64,000 nucleotides of DNA, taken from contig KZ538188.1 in assembly GCA_000934665.2 (NCBI GenBank), positions 1 to 64,000 of the forward strand, read 5' to 3'. Numbering within the stretch: position 1 is the first letter of the stretch; every line of letters begins with the position of its first letter. This document shows, one piece after another, positions 25,701 through 38,500 of the stretch. The position numbers and the translations under genes were made by a program. The notes under the pieces are model-generated. The model was not told the origin of the DNA. It searched no databases and saw only the letters and a list, made by a program, of their open reading frames with translations. This DNA comes from Catajapyx aquilonaris. Taxonomy: Eukaryota.

Positions 25701-26786
25701 CCAAGATTGGGCCCAAATTCATTCCTAATCCCAGCCATGTTTTGTCAATTGATCCTCACCTTCTCCAGTTCATTGCTTCCTGAATGCTCTTCTCTCTCAT
25801 GCTCCTTCAATTCCCGCTTTGTCACAAACGGCTTGGAGCATTTTAGGCAAAATACAATGGGATCCGCCACAATCGAAAAATGCCTCAATTCTACCTGCAA
25901 TTTAAATTAAATTGTTAATTACTGAATAAAATCATGGGACCATTTCACTGCATCACAAAGTGGACTCACCCCTTCCTCAAAGTAGTGTGATGAAGAAATT
26001 TCATTTTTGACGACAAGAAACAGTTGATGTTGCTCCTAAAAAATGATGCTGTTAGTCTTATTGCATGGTTTAGGTTAAATTTTACATTTATGAGTATTAC
26101 AGCACATCCTTCAGCACTGTACCAGGTAAAGTGGACTCATTTTAGCCACGTGCAAGTGCTCCTCCATACATCACAAAAATTGATCCATACCATGGTGCAA
26201 TTTTCAATTCACCCACCATTGCTCTAAAGCCCTTTACTTACTGCAGGTGGTTCGTCCTTCACCTTGTCCTCTGACTGCGAGTTGAAACTCTGCAGTGGTG
26301 AATCCACTAGCGTCTGAAGTTCTTCCCTGTCAAGTGGTCCATCCCCAGGTTCAGTTGCCCCATCCTCATCCTCTTCACCTTTTATGCGGTGTGGCCACAG
26401 AGCTGGGCCTTCCTCCTGAAAACAATTCGAATAATTAGAGTCCATTATTACCACTCTGTTTTGCCTCCAATGCACAACTATGGTCAATCCAAGTGGGGGC
26501 CAACCTCCACTTTGATGTCCACCTCCAGTCCCCCTCCATCCTCCAGACCTTCTTCTTCCTCCTTCACTTGTACTGCGGTTCCCCCATCAACCTCTCCTGG
26601 TCCATGGCCAGGCTCATCCTTCTCTTTCTCCTTTTCCTTCTCTTCTGCATTCCTCCTGACCAGGTCCCACCTGCTGTGTGTGAAGCTGTGCACCAGGAGC
26701 TCCAGGTGCGTGGGGAATGTCTGGAGGCAGCAGCGACACTCGTGCAGGGTGCAGCTGGAGGTCGGATCCTCCTCCCGGGTGGACAT
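22704..26786 (-). CDS. Zinc-finger paralog A, 7 exons, about 1019 aa, apparently intact
   Basis: Exons 26786-26505, 26415-26242, 26035-25970, 25894-25760, 25279-24773, 24681-24514, 24431-22704; all phase 0 with GT-AG introns. Tandem C2H2 fingers with HTGEKPF/HTGERPF linkers in the last exon. Confidence 0.88.
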
Positions 26787-27004
26787 GGCCTGTTGTTCTT
26801 CCTCCAGCCCTTTTGGCCTCCCCAGATCTAACAAAAAGGGGAAGGATCCGATCGAAATCTCTAACCAAGAAAAGAACAGTCTGACAAAAGAAGAAGGCTT
26901 CAGTTTTCGGCCATGTTCGATTCGTGACGTCACGTAACGTGTTCACTGGTCGCGTCCGAAGCTCCGAAATATGCGTCCGAATATGCATCGTCTCAGTTCC
27001 TTTT

Positions 27005-27060
27005 CCTGCCAACAGATGGCGAGAGAGTGGCCCGGGTGGTGGCTGCCACCTGCCGGCAAC
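27005..27060. promoter_or_regulatory. Conserved upstream block with a convergent pair of CTCF-like motifs (paralog A)
   Basis: CCAACAGATGGCG on + and CCGGCAGGTGGCAGC on -; same block at 42189-42244 and 57778-57830. Confidence 0.5.
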
Positions 27061-27287
27061 AGTCGGAACTTGTTGTAACTTGTGGAGGAGGCGGCAATGT
27101 TCGAATTTGTGGTCGGCAAAAGGTCAGTTGCGTTTTATTATTCTCCTCTAATTGTACTAATTGGCTCTAATTGCACTTTTGACAACAACTGTGTGTGTGC
27201 GTGGACATGACTTTTCATCACAGCAAAAATCTGAGAAGGTAGAGCCAACAACACCGCAACCTTTTTAACGACATATTATCCAACCAT

Positions 27288-27994
27288 TCAAGTAACGGCA
27301 TTTTCCTCTTCATTTTCAACCTGGCATTTTCGCAAATGATGCACAAGATTCTTACGTGTCATGAGTACCTTACCACACTAGTTACATTCAAATTGGTTTT
27401 CATCTGATTATCCACATTTTATGATTGTTCAAATTAGCAGGAGAACTAAAACTCTTGGAGCATGTGCTGCACTTGCTAAAGTTTCCTTGTGCACCATGTG
27501 TTTATGCAAATGAGGTGAAATGAAACCTTTACCACATTCTGTGCACCAGAAGGGTCTCGCTCCTGTGTGACATCGCAAGTGAATGTCAAACCTTCTCCTA
27601 GATAAGAGTACATGATGGCAAATTGGAACATGTATATTTCGTATTCTTGCAACCATGTAACCTTCACATATGGTTCTGTAGATTTGATATGTTGGCACTT
27701 TTACGTGAACAATCTGGGCAACTATGTTGTGTCGTATGCAAAAGCATGTGTCTAGTAAGATGCTTATTGGGGGGAAAAAACCTTTTCCACATACAGAATG
27801 GTCTCTCTCCAGTGTGATGTCTCATATGAATTTCACACTTGATCTTAGAACAGAAGACAAGAAGGCAAACAAGACATTTACGTTCCTCACATCCACTTCT
27901 TTTGTAACCATGATATTTTTGTCTGTGATCAAGTAGAGGAGATCTGCTTGCACATTTATATGAGCAATCAGGGCAACTGAGCTGGGATAGATGT
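27288..27994 (-). pseudogene. Decayed terminal zinc-finger exon of paralog C
   Basis: Homologous to the 3' half of the family terminal exon (CPDCSYKCASR.., HTGERPF, HTGARPFWCTECGK) but broken across frames with stops; 5' half missing. Confidence 0.8.
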
Positions 27995-28923
27995 TTGTAG
28001 TTTATATATTCATGAGTATTTACGGTACCCACATTATATTTTTAATGGCATGACATCATAGGCTAAGGTCTTGCTCATTAAAAACAAACACTTACTGCAC
28101 GAATTTTAGTAGATGTATCTCCCTGCCGCATATTTCTGGGTACATGGTAGTGCAGTGGAAAATCATTTAAAATTCCCCGAAATTCTGCGATTTACTTTAC
28201 ATGCATGAAAAAATCTGAATGATCCATGAAGGGTGGGCAAATTCCCCCAGCGTCATAGTGGCCGTAAAGTGGCTTCGCTCCTAACTGTCCAGGCCAACTA
28301 CTCCGAGATCTAGGCAATGGCTGCTTGCCACCTGAGCCACCTTCTTTTGCACCTGGTGGATCACATTATCTCCTTTTAAACTGGCCCTTTAAAAAAATTA
28401 AAATAGGAGCTTAATGTTTTCATAATTCATTCAAGGTACTGGGCAATCATAAAGAGGGATGGAAGCCACCTACAAAAAATGTAAATGTCGCAATAGGATG
28501 ACGTCGCCATCTCGTGCATAGCATATAAGGCGGTTGATGCACTCTCTCGAAATACCGTGTAGGTTGGTAGGTCTTAGATGCTTCAGCCCCATCTTGTGCA
28601 TGAATCGAGAGCAAAACTAATGGTGCCAGATCCAGTGATTTACACCTAGGGCACTATTTTTAAACCACCCACCCAAAGAGTGCAGAATGGAGCAGTAAAC
28701 ATAGGGTTCAACAACGAACATTCACAAATCATAAGATATCTACTACAGGTATGATAAACCCTATCGTTGCATAACGAGCATATTCCAGAAGTGTCCAATC
28801 TTAAGCGAAAGAAGCAAAAACATTCCCTTCAGTCTGATGAAAAGAACTACTGCAGCCTTGACACACATCGGTTCTCAACAGACTGTTACATATCCGAAGA
28901 AATCAGTAATAATCACCCTAGGT

Positions 28924-29035
28924 CAAGGGGTTAGCAACTCCTCAAAAAAGTGTACACCAGATCCTGGAACCAGAAGGTTCCACCTGGTTCCTTGGCAAGT
29001 GTGTACACCGGTTCCAGGGAGTTGCTAACCTATTG
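28924..29035. mobile_element. hAT-type MITE with 8-bp TSD
   Basis: TIR CAAGGGGTTAGCAACTCC / GGAGTTGCTAACCTATTG; TSD CCCTAGGT at 28916-28923 and 29036-29043; single-copy empty site in the paralogous exon near 31515. Confidence 0.9.
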
Positions 29036-29141
29036 CCCTAGGTTTGTTGCATCAAGGCACCTCGTCTGAAGATTCTCCTTCGGTGTGCATCCACTCGTCA
29101 CTGGAGTATCTGGCCCTGCCATTCTCCTGGTCAATCACGTC

Positions 29142-32100
29142 CTACACCTTCTGCAGGGCCTTCCTCTTAGACTGTCTCCCTCCAACAGCAAGTGCCATGC
29201 TGGCCTGGAGTGGAAGGAAACACTGGTGTTAGTCACATTGTCAGCGGGTCACATTCACCATCACTGTGTTTCTATGTGTAAAACTAATTGGGCACACACC
29301 AAACAAGTGTTTACGCAGCAAGCAGTATCATTCAAACTCTGGATCGAATTTAGGATTCAAAGTCTGGAACGTTTAAAGTTAGAGTCGTTCAAAGTACGAG
29401 GTACCTAAGTAATAACATGAAGTGTTGCTAAGCCAGGAAAGGCCTGCAATCATCACTAATCACACCTTGCTTGGTAATTGGTCCTCACCTCATTAATTCC
29501 CAAGTGCTGTTCTTTTTCATGCTGCTTCAACAGAGAATGGAGAGAACTTTCACCCTCACCACCAGCTTGACCTATTCCATCTCCAAGTATTTCATTGAGT
29601 GTTTCATTCAAACTTCCATCTTTATGGTTCTTCTGATGATATTTCAAATAGTACGGAGACTTGAAGGACTTGGCGCACCTGTCGCACTTGAAGGCCTTGA
29701 CATCCGAGTGGACTCTCATATGTGTAAGAAGATGCGGGTGATAACTAAATGATTTGTTACACTGATCACAAGTTAATGACGTTTGGCATGTCTGTGCACG
29801 AACATGTCTAATGAAATTGATCCTCATTGAAAACACTCTCCCACAGTGTTCGCATGTATCGTCCTTCCATTTGTATGTATTGTCCTTCCGTTTGTATGTA
29901 TTGTCCTTCCGTTTGTATGTATTGTCCTTCCGTTTGCATGTATTCTTCTTCCGTTTGCATGTATTGTCCTTCTGATGATATTTCAAAGAGTAAGGAGACT
30001 TGAAGGATGTATTGCACCTGTCACACTTGAAGGGCCTGACATCAGAGTGAACTCTCATATGTCTAAGGAGGTGCAAGTGATGTCTGAATGATATGTTGCA
30101 TAGATCACAAGTTAATGGCTTTTGGCATGTCTGTGCACGAACATGTATATTTAAATTGAATTTTCTTGAAAATACTCTCCTACAGTGTTCGCATGTATGG
30201 TCCTTCTGTTCGCATGTTGGGTCCTTCTGATGATATTTCAAAGTCTTACGTTGCTTGAAGGACTTATTGCACCTGCCACACTTGAAGGGCCTGACATCAG
30301 AGTGAACTGTCATATGTGCACGGAGGTGCTTATGATTTCTGAATGATTTGTTGCATAGATCACAAGTCAATGACGTTTGGCATGTCTGTGCACGAACATG
30401 TCTAATGAAACTGATCCTCCTTGAAAACACTCTCCCACAGTGTTCGCATGTATTGTCCTTCTGTTTGCATGTATTGTCCTTCAGATGATATTTCAAAGTG
30501 TGAGGATATTTGAAGGACTTATTGCACCTGTCGCACTTGAAGGCCTTGACATCCGAGTGGACTCTCATATGTGTAAGAAGATGCGGGTGATAACTAAATG
30601 ATTTGTTACACTGATCACAAGTTAATGACATTTGGCATGTCTGTGCACGAACATGTCTAATGAAATTGATCCTCATTGAAAATACTCTCCCACAGTGTTC
30701 ACACTTGAGAGATTCATTGTTGGTGTGCTCTTTCCTGTGAAGTTTTAAATGTTTCAACTCGCTAAAGGTTTCCCCACAGTCAGCACAGGATAGTGATTGT
30801 TGTTCTTCCTCCCTGATCTTCTCCCTTGGCGATGCAGGATTCTGAAATTAAATAAAATCATATCAGGATATTTTCAGTAGGAATACTTCGATTGTGAGTG
30901 CCAGATTCTACTTTTTAAATAGCAGATATCATGGTTGTTCCACACACACTATAATGTGTTGAACGAAATTAATACTTGGAAAAAAATAAAAAGGACATGT
31001 CAGTATGAATTAATTAATTAATTAATAATTTTACTTACACACAATGCTATTTGCATTATTAGAAAAAAACTCCCACGACAGCTTACTATAAGATGATGTT
31101 GCACCATTGCAGTTTGTTAATTGCTAAGCAAAAAAAAATTGTACAATGCAAACAATATATTTTGCTGAAGGCATTTGGATTAGTCAAGTGTGAGATGCGT
31201 CTATTGGGACTTTTGGGAAACTCTACACAGCTTGGTTTCTAACTCGTTTAAACAACGAATATTCATAAATCATAAGATATCTAGTACTGGTGTTATAAAC
31301 ACTGTCTTTGCATGACGAGAATGTTTCAGCAATGGTTATGAAGCATTAAGAGCGAAAACACTCCATGCAAATTGTTTTAAAATGTTGTAAGACCTCTGTG
31401 GCAGAATAAAGGTACTGAAGCAAGCCAAGTGCATGTAAGACCTTCACCAAAGTGTGTCTGTGGACACTTTGGTTCCCAACACAGTCACGCATGCGTAGTA
31501 ATCAGTAATGATCACCCTAGGTTTGTTGCATCCAGGCTCCTGGTCCGAAGACTCTCCTTCAGAGTCCATCCACTCGTCATTGGAGTAACTGCTCCTGCCA
31601 TCCTCCTGGTCGCTTGTGTCCTGCAACTTCTCCAGGGCCTTCCTATTGGACTGTCTCCCTCCAACAGCAGGTGCCATGTTGGCCTGGAGTTGAAGGAAAC
31701 GCTGGTGTTAATCACAGTCTCAGCTGGTCACATTTACCATTGCATATCAGCATATTCTGAGTAGGAATACTATGATTGTGAGTGGCAAATTCGACGTTTT
31801 AAACACAGGATTTCATCACTGTCCCACAGAGAGACAATAATGCTTCTTGTTGACACGAGAGAAAATATCATCATGTGGTGTGGCTTTGACTGTTGCAGAG
31901 CTGGATGTACCGTGTGTGGTTATGAGGCTCACCAATATTATTATACAGTATAGTACATGGTGTACCAACGGAATAAAAATTTCATGATAGTCATCAAAGA
32001 TTTTTTATTTTTTTTTAATGCACGTGTAATAGGTGGGGAAGAGTCAATTATTAGTGAAATCCTCATTAACTGGCATTTACCTTTTCAGAATTCATGACTG

Positions 32101-34620
32101 CAGCCTTTGTGGCAACCCTTGAGTCATAATGTCCTCATATGAGGACTTTGTCATTGTTTTGGTCAATATTTTAGAAGTGTAATTTTTTCCTGTTCATTAT
32201 TGGCAAAAATATTCAGAAAATGCAACAGGAACTGACATTGTGATACCAATTACCAAATATTTCCCGGGTCGCTAGATGATATTGCATTACCTGAAGCTCG
32301 GGAGTGATGTGCTCCTTCAGCATGTGCCTCTCCAGGTCCTTCTTCGTGGCAAATGCGCCATCACAATGGGCACAGTAGAGAAGCTGGTACATCAGGATGA
32401 AGGGTTCCAATACCTGCAAGGAGTAGATGAGAAATACTGGAGGAGCTCGAAAGCAAAAGCAGCTAAGGGCCGGTTTCACCGAACTCAGTATATGATAAAA
32501 CCAGGTTTCTTTAGGAAAATCCATACAAATATGTAGGGATTTTCCGAAATAACCCTGGTTTTATCATATACCGAGCTCGGTGAAACCGGCCCTAAGTCCA
32601 TATTAAGAAATTGTACAGGAGGAGAAAAACCTGGCATTTGGAAATGGTTGCAAATTGAAAGTAGCTGATACTAGGGGGAGTCATGAGATGGCATTTTTAT
32701 GCATTTTTAAATGTAAGTTATGCAAATCGTGGATTGGTAGTTTAGCCACAAATTTGGAGGTCAGTTATTAGGATAATAGCTGGTTTTGCTTGAAAAATAA
32801 CCAAACCTACTCCAGCCCTGGAAGCGTAAAGACGTGCGTTTGACATTTGTGCGGCTCCGTTTTCCCCCTTTACCTGAGCGCTGTGTACATACAAGGTCAT
32901 GTGGGGACAACCTTGGCGGCTTAGCACGCCCTAAATAGCCGAAAAACGTAACTTCCTGGTCAAATGTGAAACCAGGATAAGCCACACAGAGGACATAACA
33001 GAACTCCTTTTCTGAGGAAAAATGATCATACTACCACAATGGAGGACTCCCCTCTTTGGAAGTCATAAATATGGCCTACCCTCAAGGAACCGGCACGCGG
33101 CGTGTGCCTATGAACAGAGGACCATCCCGCAAGATGTTTTGGCTGTCCATGATGATTCGCTCAACTTCCTGCCCTTCACCTCGTAGCGGTTTCAGTCCCA
33201 GTCCCGTGATGGACATTGGGGACAATTATAGCAGTAAACATCAAAAAGTCTACTCTAATCACGCTCACATGATTTGCCAATCTTGTTTTTAAAATGGAAA
33301 GGACCACTGTGCCCCGCTCTCCCTTACTGTAGCAGTACATGCTGGGAATTAAATGTGAATTTCCAATTTTGAAAACTTTTAACTGTCCAAAGTAAAATAC
33401 ACAAACATTTTATTACTGTTTTGTGAAGTTCCCAAAATTAGCTTTCCAATGGTACTATATTTGTTACTGTATGAACTCCGCAACTTTTTTAATTCCCCTG
33501 CCAAGTTTCGACGTTATTGCATGTTTGGACATATGTAAAATTTATTTTCCTATTGCAAATACCCACTGATCATGTAGAGATAATTGTAATCTGTTGGAAG
33601 TTTTGAAATCAGAAGGTTTTTAACCATAAGTGTAGCAATTTGTAGGTTTGTGGTGCAAGTAATGAATGCATAGTAAAATAAATCCCAAGACCTTTCCCAA
33701 CAATTTGGTGAGCATTTACCCCATACATAACCAATATTTTGAAGAAAAAAAAATCATAACTTTTGATCTAACCAAGATATTGACCTGAAATTTTGAGGAT
33801 ATTCCATTTTTAACATGTTCAACAAATTTCCATCAAATTCTGAGATGGTCGTGTACATGGTCTGGACGATCTGACGTGGAGTGACCCAGCAAACACTGGG
33901 CAATTTTAAGGTTGGCATTGATTAGTAGAGACGTTGAGCAACCGATTGACATGAGAAAACCCGGGATTCAACAACAACAACAAAATAGTTACTTCTTGTC
34001 TGCTCTATCACAAAAATCCCCCTTTATAACTGATATATTTGTCATAATTTTGTGTTATGTACAGGCACATGTAATGATGCCAGTCACGTTATGTGAGCAA
34101 TGAAAAACCTTTTGCATTTTGGAGGTTTTCGGATGTTGGAATTTCTGATAAGGGACTCTCAGCCTTCACTTTATTTAGCACATATAAACCCGCACAGCAT
34201 CTCTACGCTAGAGGCTATTATTATTATCACCATATAACTATGTGCCTTTTATCAGGGATCCAAGTTACATACAAATACGACTGTGATATTCTCAGGAACA
34301 TTACCCCATTCGTAAACTGAGGACTTCCTGCATTACAAACCACTTCCATTGAACATTTCAATGCAACTCATGAGAGTCAAGCTGTGTTTACATGTGAGAG
34401 ATTCATTCAGCAATAAAACCAATATTGTTTATTGGAGCAAAAGTAACAATGGCCTCACAATTGATTTCATTGCTGCACATGACTGATCTCACCTGGTTCT
34501 GCCTTCCTCCATCTCCTGCCTCCTCCTCCTCCTCCTCCCTGTCTGGATGAGCCTTGTCACTTTCCTGGCTGCTGTTGCCCTCCTCCCCTGGCTCCACTTT
34601 GACGGGATATGACCCAGTGG
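29142..34620 (-). CDS. Zinc-finger paralog C (divergent 5' exons, internally amplified finger exon, early stop); start codon not identified
   Basis: Candidate exons 34620-34493, 32413-32291 (single finger CAHCDGAFATKKDLERHMLKEH), 31683-31516, 30841-29489 (451 codons of fingers) and 29204-29142 (ends at an in-frame TAG). These join in phase 0. Confidence 0.65.
29855..29975. repeat. Coding 21-bp minisatellite (KRKDNTY/C)
   Basis: About six units of CCGTTTG(T/C)ATGTATTGTCCTT inside the finger exon of paralog C. Confidence 0.9.
32467..32592. mobile_element. PIF/Harbinger-type MITE
   Basis: TAA|GGGCCGGTTTCACCGA ... TCGGTGAAACCGGCCC|TAA; near-complete hairpin. Confidence 0.88.
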
Positions 34621-34947
34621 CTACAACACATTAATTTTTTGGTTCATCTCATTTCGTGAGAAACAACAATCATCAGGTGTCAAGAGTGAAAAAAGTCTTT
34701 ATTCTTCTACTAGGCCAATGACAGACATTTTTGGTCATAATCTACTTGGGCAGGACGCACAGCACTGCATTGGAGCTGAGCCACTGCCATCGTTAGGCAC
34801 GTTGTTTTAAAAGTCTGCTGGACAGAGCAGAGCAACAGCAGGTGATATTGTGACAGCTAACGTTGGCTGCATTCTTATCAACGTCACCAAAAAAATAAAA
34901 TACAGCAAAGGCACATCTTGAAGTGACAACATATATTATCCAACCAT

Positions 34948-35550
34948 TCAAGTAACGACATTTCCCTCTCCATTTTCAACCTGGCATAGCTGCAAATGAA
35001 GTGGAAGACCACTACGTGTCATGAGTACCTTACCACACCAATTACATTCATATTGCTTCTCATCCCAGTGTTCACATTTATGACTTTCCAAATTTGCAGA
35101 ACTAAAACTCTTGGAACAAAATAATGCTGCACTCGGAAAAGCTACCTTTTGCATGCGTCAACGTGTGTTTATGCCAATTATGAGGAGAAATAAAACCTTC
35201 ACTGCATTCAGTGCACCTGAAGGGTCTCTCTTGTGCGATGTAGTAACATGTGAATGTCAAACTTGCTCTTACATAAAATGGGACATTCATATTTCTTACT
35301 CTTGTAACCATGTAACGTTAGCATATGGCATTGTAGCTTTGATCTGTTGGCACTTTTATGCGAACATGTGGGCAACATACTGTGTCGTGAAGTATGCTCA
35401 TAAGTGTGTGTAGTAAGACGCTTATGGGAAATAAAACCTCTATTACATACAGTGCACCTGAAGGGTCTCTCCCCTGTGTGAAGTCGCATATTAATTACAA
35501 ACTTGCTCTCATAATCGAACACAAGAAGGCAAACAGGACATGTATGCTAC
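34948..35550 (-). pseudogene. Decayed finger-coding tail of paralog B beyond the new stop
   Basis: HTGERPFRCTVC, ERPFRCTECSEGFIS and YECNWCGKV fragments in three different frames plus an extra TAG. Confidence 0.8.
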
Positions 35551-38500
35551 TCATATCCACTCGTTTTGTGTACCATGAAACTTTTTCCTGTGATAAGATA
35601 GGGTCTGTCTGTTTGCACATGTATGTTCGCAATCAGGGCAACTGTACTTTTCTGCCCCATGAAAACTTCTCATGTGATCCCGCAAACCGTATGTGGTAGC
35701 TAAGACTTTAGGGCAGTGCTGGCAAGGATGCTGCTCCCTGTCTTCTTGATGCATTCGCCTTTCATGTGCTTGCAGACACAACAACAGTTTGAATCCCTTT
35801 CCACATTTATCACATAGGAAAGGAGTTTCATCAGAATGCATCGAAAGCTTGTGAAGCTGCAATGATCTACCTAAACTGAAGCTCTTTGAACACTGGTTAC
35901 ACTTGAATGGCTTCTCACCCGTGTGACGACGCTCATGTGGAGCAACAGCAGATTTTCTAAGGAAAACTTTGCCACAATATTTGCACATGTGCAGTTTGCC
36001 AAAGTTATGGGCTCTCATCTTGTGCACACTCAAACGATATGAAGAATAGAATGTCTCGGAACATAGTTCACAAGTGAATACCTTGTCATGAACATGGTAT
36101 AACCTTACATGATTAATGAGGCTACTCTTGGACATCAGAATTTTGGAACAATACGGACAGCAGAAAGATACATTTGTGCTGCTGCTAGACTGGAGAGAAT
36201 TTTTGCCTTCACCAATAGTATCGCCTATTTCATTTCCAAGTAATTGACTGCATGTTTCTTTCAACCCTTCCCCTGCATGGGCTTTCTGATGAAATTTCAA
36301 ATAGTAAGGAGACTTGAAGGACTTATGGCACATGCCACACTTGAAGGGCCTGTCTTTCAAACCTTCCCTCGTATGGGCCTTCTGATGATATTTCAAATTG
36401 GAAGGCTTCTTGAAGGACTTACTGCATATGTCACACTTGAAGGGCCTGTCTTTAGAGTGAGATACCATATGTGCAGACAGGTCAGAGGGATACTTAAAAG
36501 ATTTGTTGCAAAGATCACAAGTGAATGACTTTTGACATGTCTGTGCACGAACATGAATACCGAGATTGCCCTTGTGTGAAAATCCTCTCCCACAAAGTCC
36601 ACATTTGAGAGATTCCTCCTTGGTGTGCTCTTTCCTGTGAAGCTTCAAATGCTTCTGCTTGCTAAAGGTTTTCCCACAGGCAGCACAACATAGTGACTGT
36701 AGTTCATTCTTCTCGATCTTCCTTGGCAATGCATGATCCTGGAAAAAAAACAAAACAAAACAAAAAAAATCAGGATATATTCAGTATAGGAATACTACTC
36801 CGATTGTGAGTGCCGGATTCTACTTTTTAAACAGCAGGTATCATGGTTGTTCCACACACATGATAATGTGTGGAAAGAAATTGAGGCTTGGAAAAAATAA
36901 AAATGGACAAGTATGAATGAATGAATAATTTGCTAAAGCAAAAAAGTATTATACAATGAAAACGATTACTTCTGAACGATTTTTGTCCTTTCAGGAGTAC
37001 AAAAAAAATCTTCCGGGGAAAAAAAACTAACACACCTCTGAAGGAATAGTTCCAGAACAGGCCCGAAAAGTCCCAAAATTGCTTCAAACAGTTCAAAAAC
37101 TATTCCAATAAAGGCCAAATAGGCATGAAAAGGCGTACACTCAGTAATAATCACCTTAGGTTCTCGTCCAGGCTCCTCGTCCGAAGACTCTCCTTCGGTG
37201 TCCATCCACTCGTCGCTGGAGTAACTGCCCCTGCCATCCTCCTGGTCACTTGTGTCCTTCAACTTCTGCAGAGCCTTCCTCTTGGACTGTCTCCCTCCAA
37301 CAGCAGGTGACATGTTGCCCTGGAGTTGAAGCAAATGCTGGTGTTAATCACATTCTCAGCTGGTCACATTCACCATTCTGTGGCTCAATTACATTATGTG
37401 TTTGAAATAAGAGTCGAGTCCAAATGCTGTGTACCGTACACCTGATAATGCAGTGCCATTGACATCTGGTTCCTTATCAAGCTCTGTCCAATGTACAGTA
37501 TTTGGTTCGCCAGTATATTGTGATTCGCTTGGAGATGCAGTTGCTTGTATTTTCCTAACTTGAACGACCATGATGCACCACAATAAAACCAAAGTGCCTA
37601 TAGCATGTTTGGACTCGGAAATGTTGCACTAATTTGTTAAAATACCTGCCCATAACGGACCCCGGATATAGCCGAAACCTATCCATTACGGAATTTTTTC
37701 TGGGAACGGGCATATGCATGCAATGTTATTTTTTGATGCATATAACGGAACCTGCCCAACGCAGAAACGGAAGGGATATTCGGCTCCCTTCAGAGAAAAT
37801 TCCTGTTCCTAAGGGAAATCAAAAGGTTTGCACTATCTCCTGCGAGTCACAAAAATAGAAACTACTCGACAAGTGGCCTCTGAGTAACCCTTTTTGGACC
37901 ACGTGTGTCTAGTAATTTCTGGAAATGCGATTGGCTGTGGCCTTGAAAGATATTTTTGAGGAGAGGGGGACTATTTTTCTGGCTGGAAAACTGGCTTGTT
38001 GTGGGCAAAGATTGTGACTCATTTGAAATAACATAGGTGCCCTCCTGCCTTCGTGGTCCAGTCCAGAGTTTAAAATGTCCAGGAAGAGGAAGGGGTTCTT
38101 AGCTCATAGGATTGTTCAAAGTCCAAATCAGATGACATGGACACACAACAGAGGGTGATTAGGCAGCGAGCAGTATCATTCAAACTCTGGAACGTTCAAA
38201 GTTAGGGTCATTCGAAGTACGAGGTACCACTGTAATCACATAAATAGTTGCTAAACCTGAAGAGGATTGCAGTCATCACTAATCACACCTTTTCACCTTT
38301 TCATTTCTTCTCAAATGCTCTTCTCTCTCATGCTCCTCCAATGGAGAACGCTGAGAACTTTCACCCTCACCACCAGCTTGACCTGTTCCATCTCCAAGTA
38401 TTTCATTGAGTGTTTCATTCAAATCTTCCCCTGCATGCTTCTGATGATGATGTTTCAAAGCGTAAGGAGTCTTGAAGGACTTATCACACATGTCGCACTT

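Noticed and set aside
33077..33200. Possible additional exon of paralog C (EVERIIMDSQNILRDGPLF..)
   Set aside because: In-frame stop before the nearest donor and no clear acceptor; the flanking exons already join in frame without it
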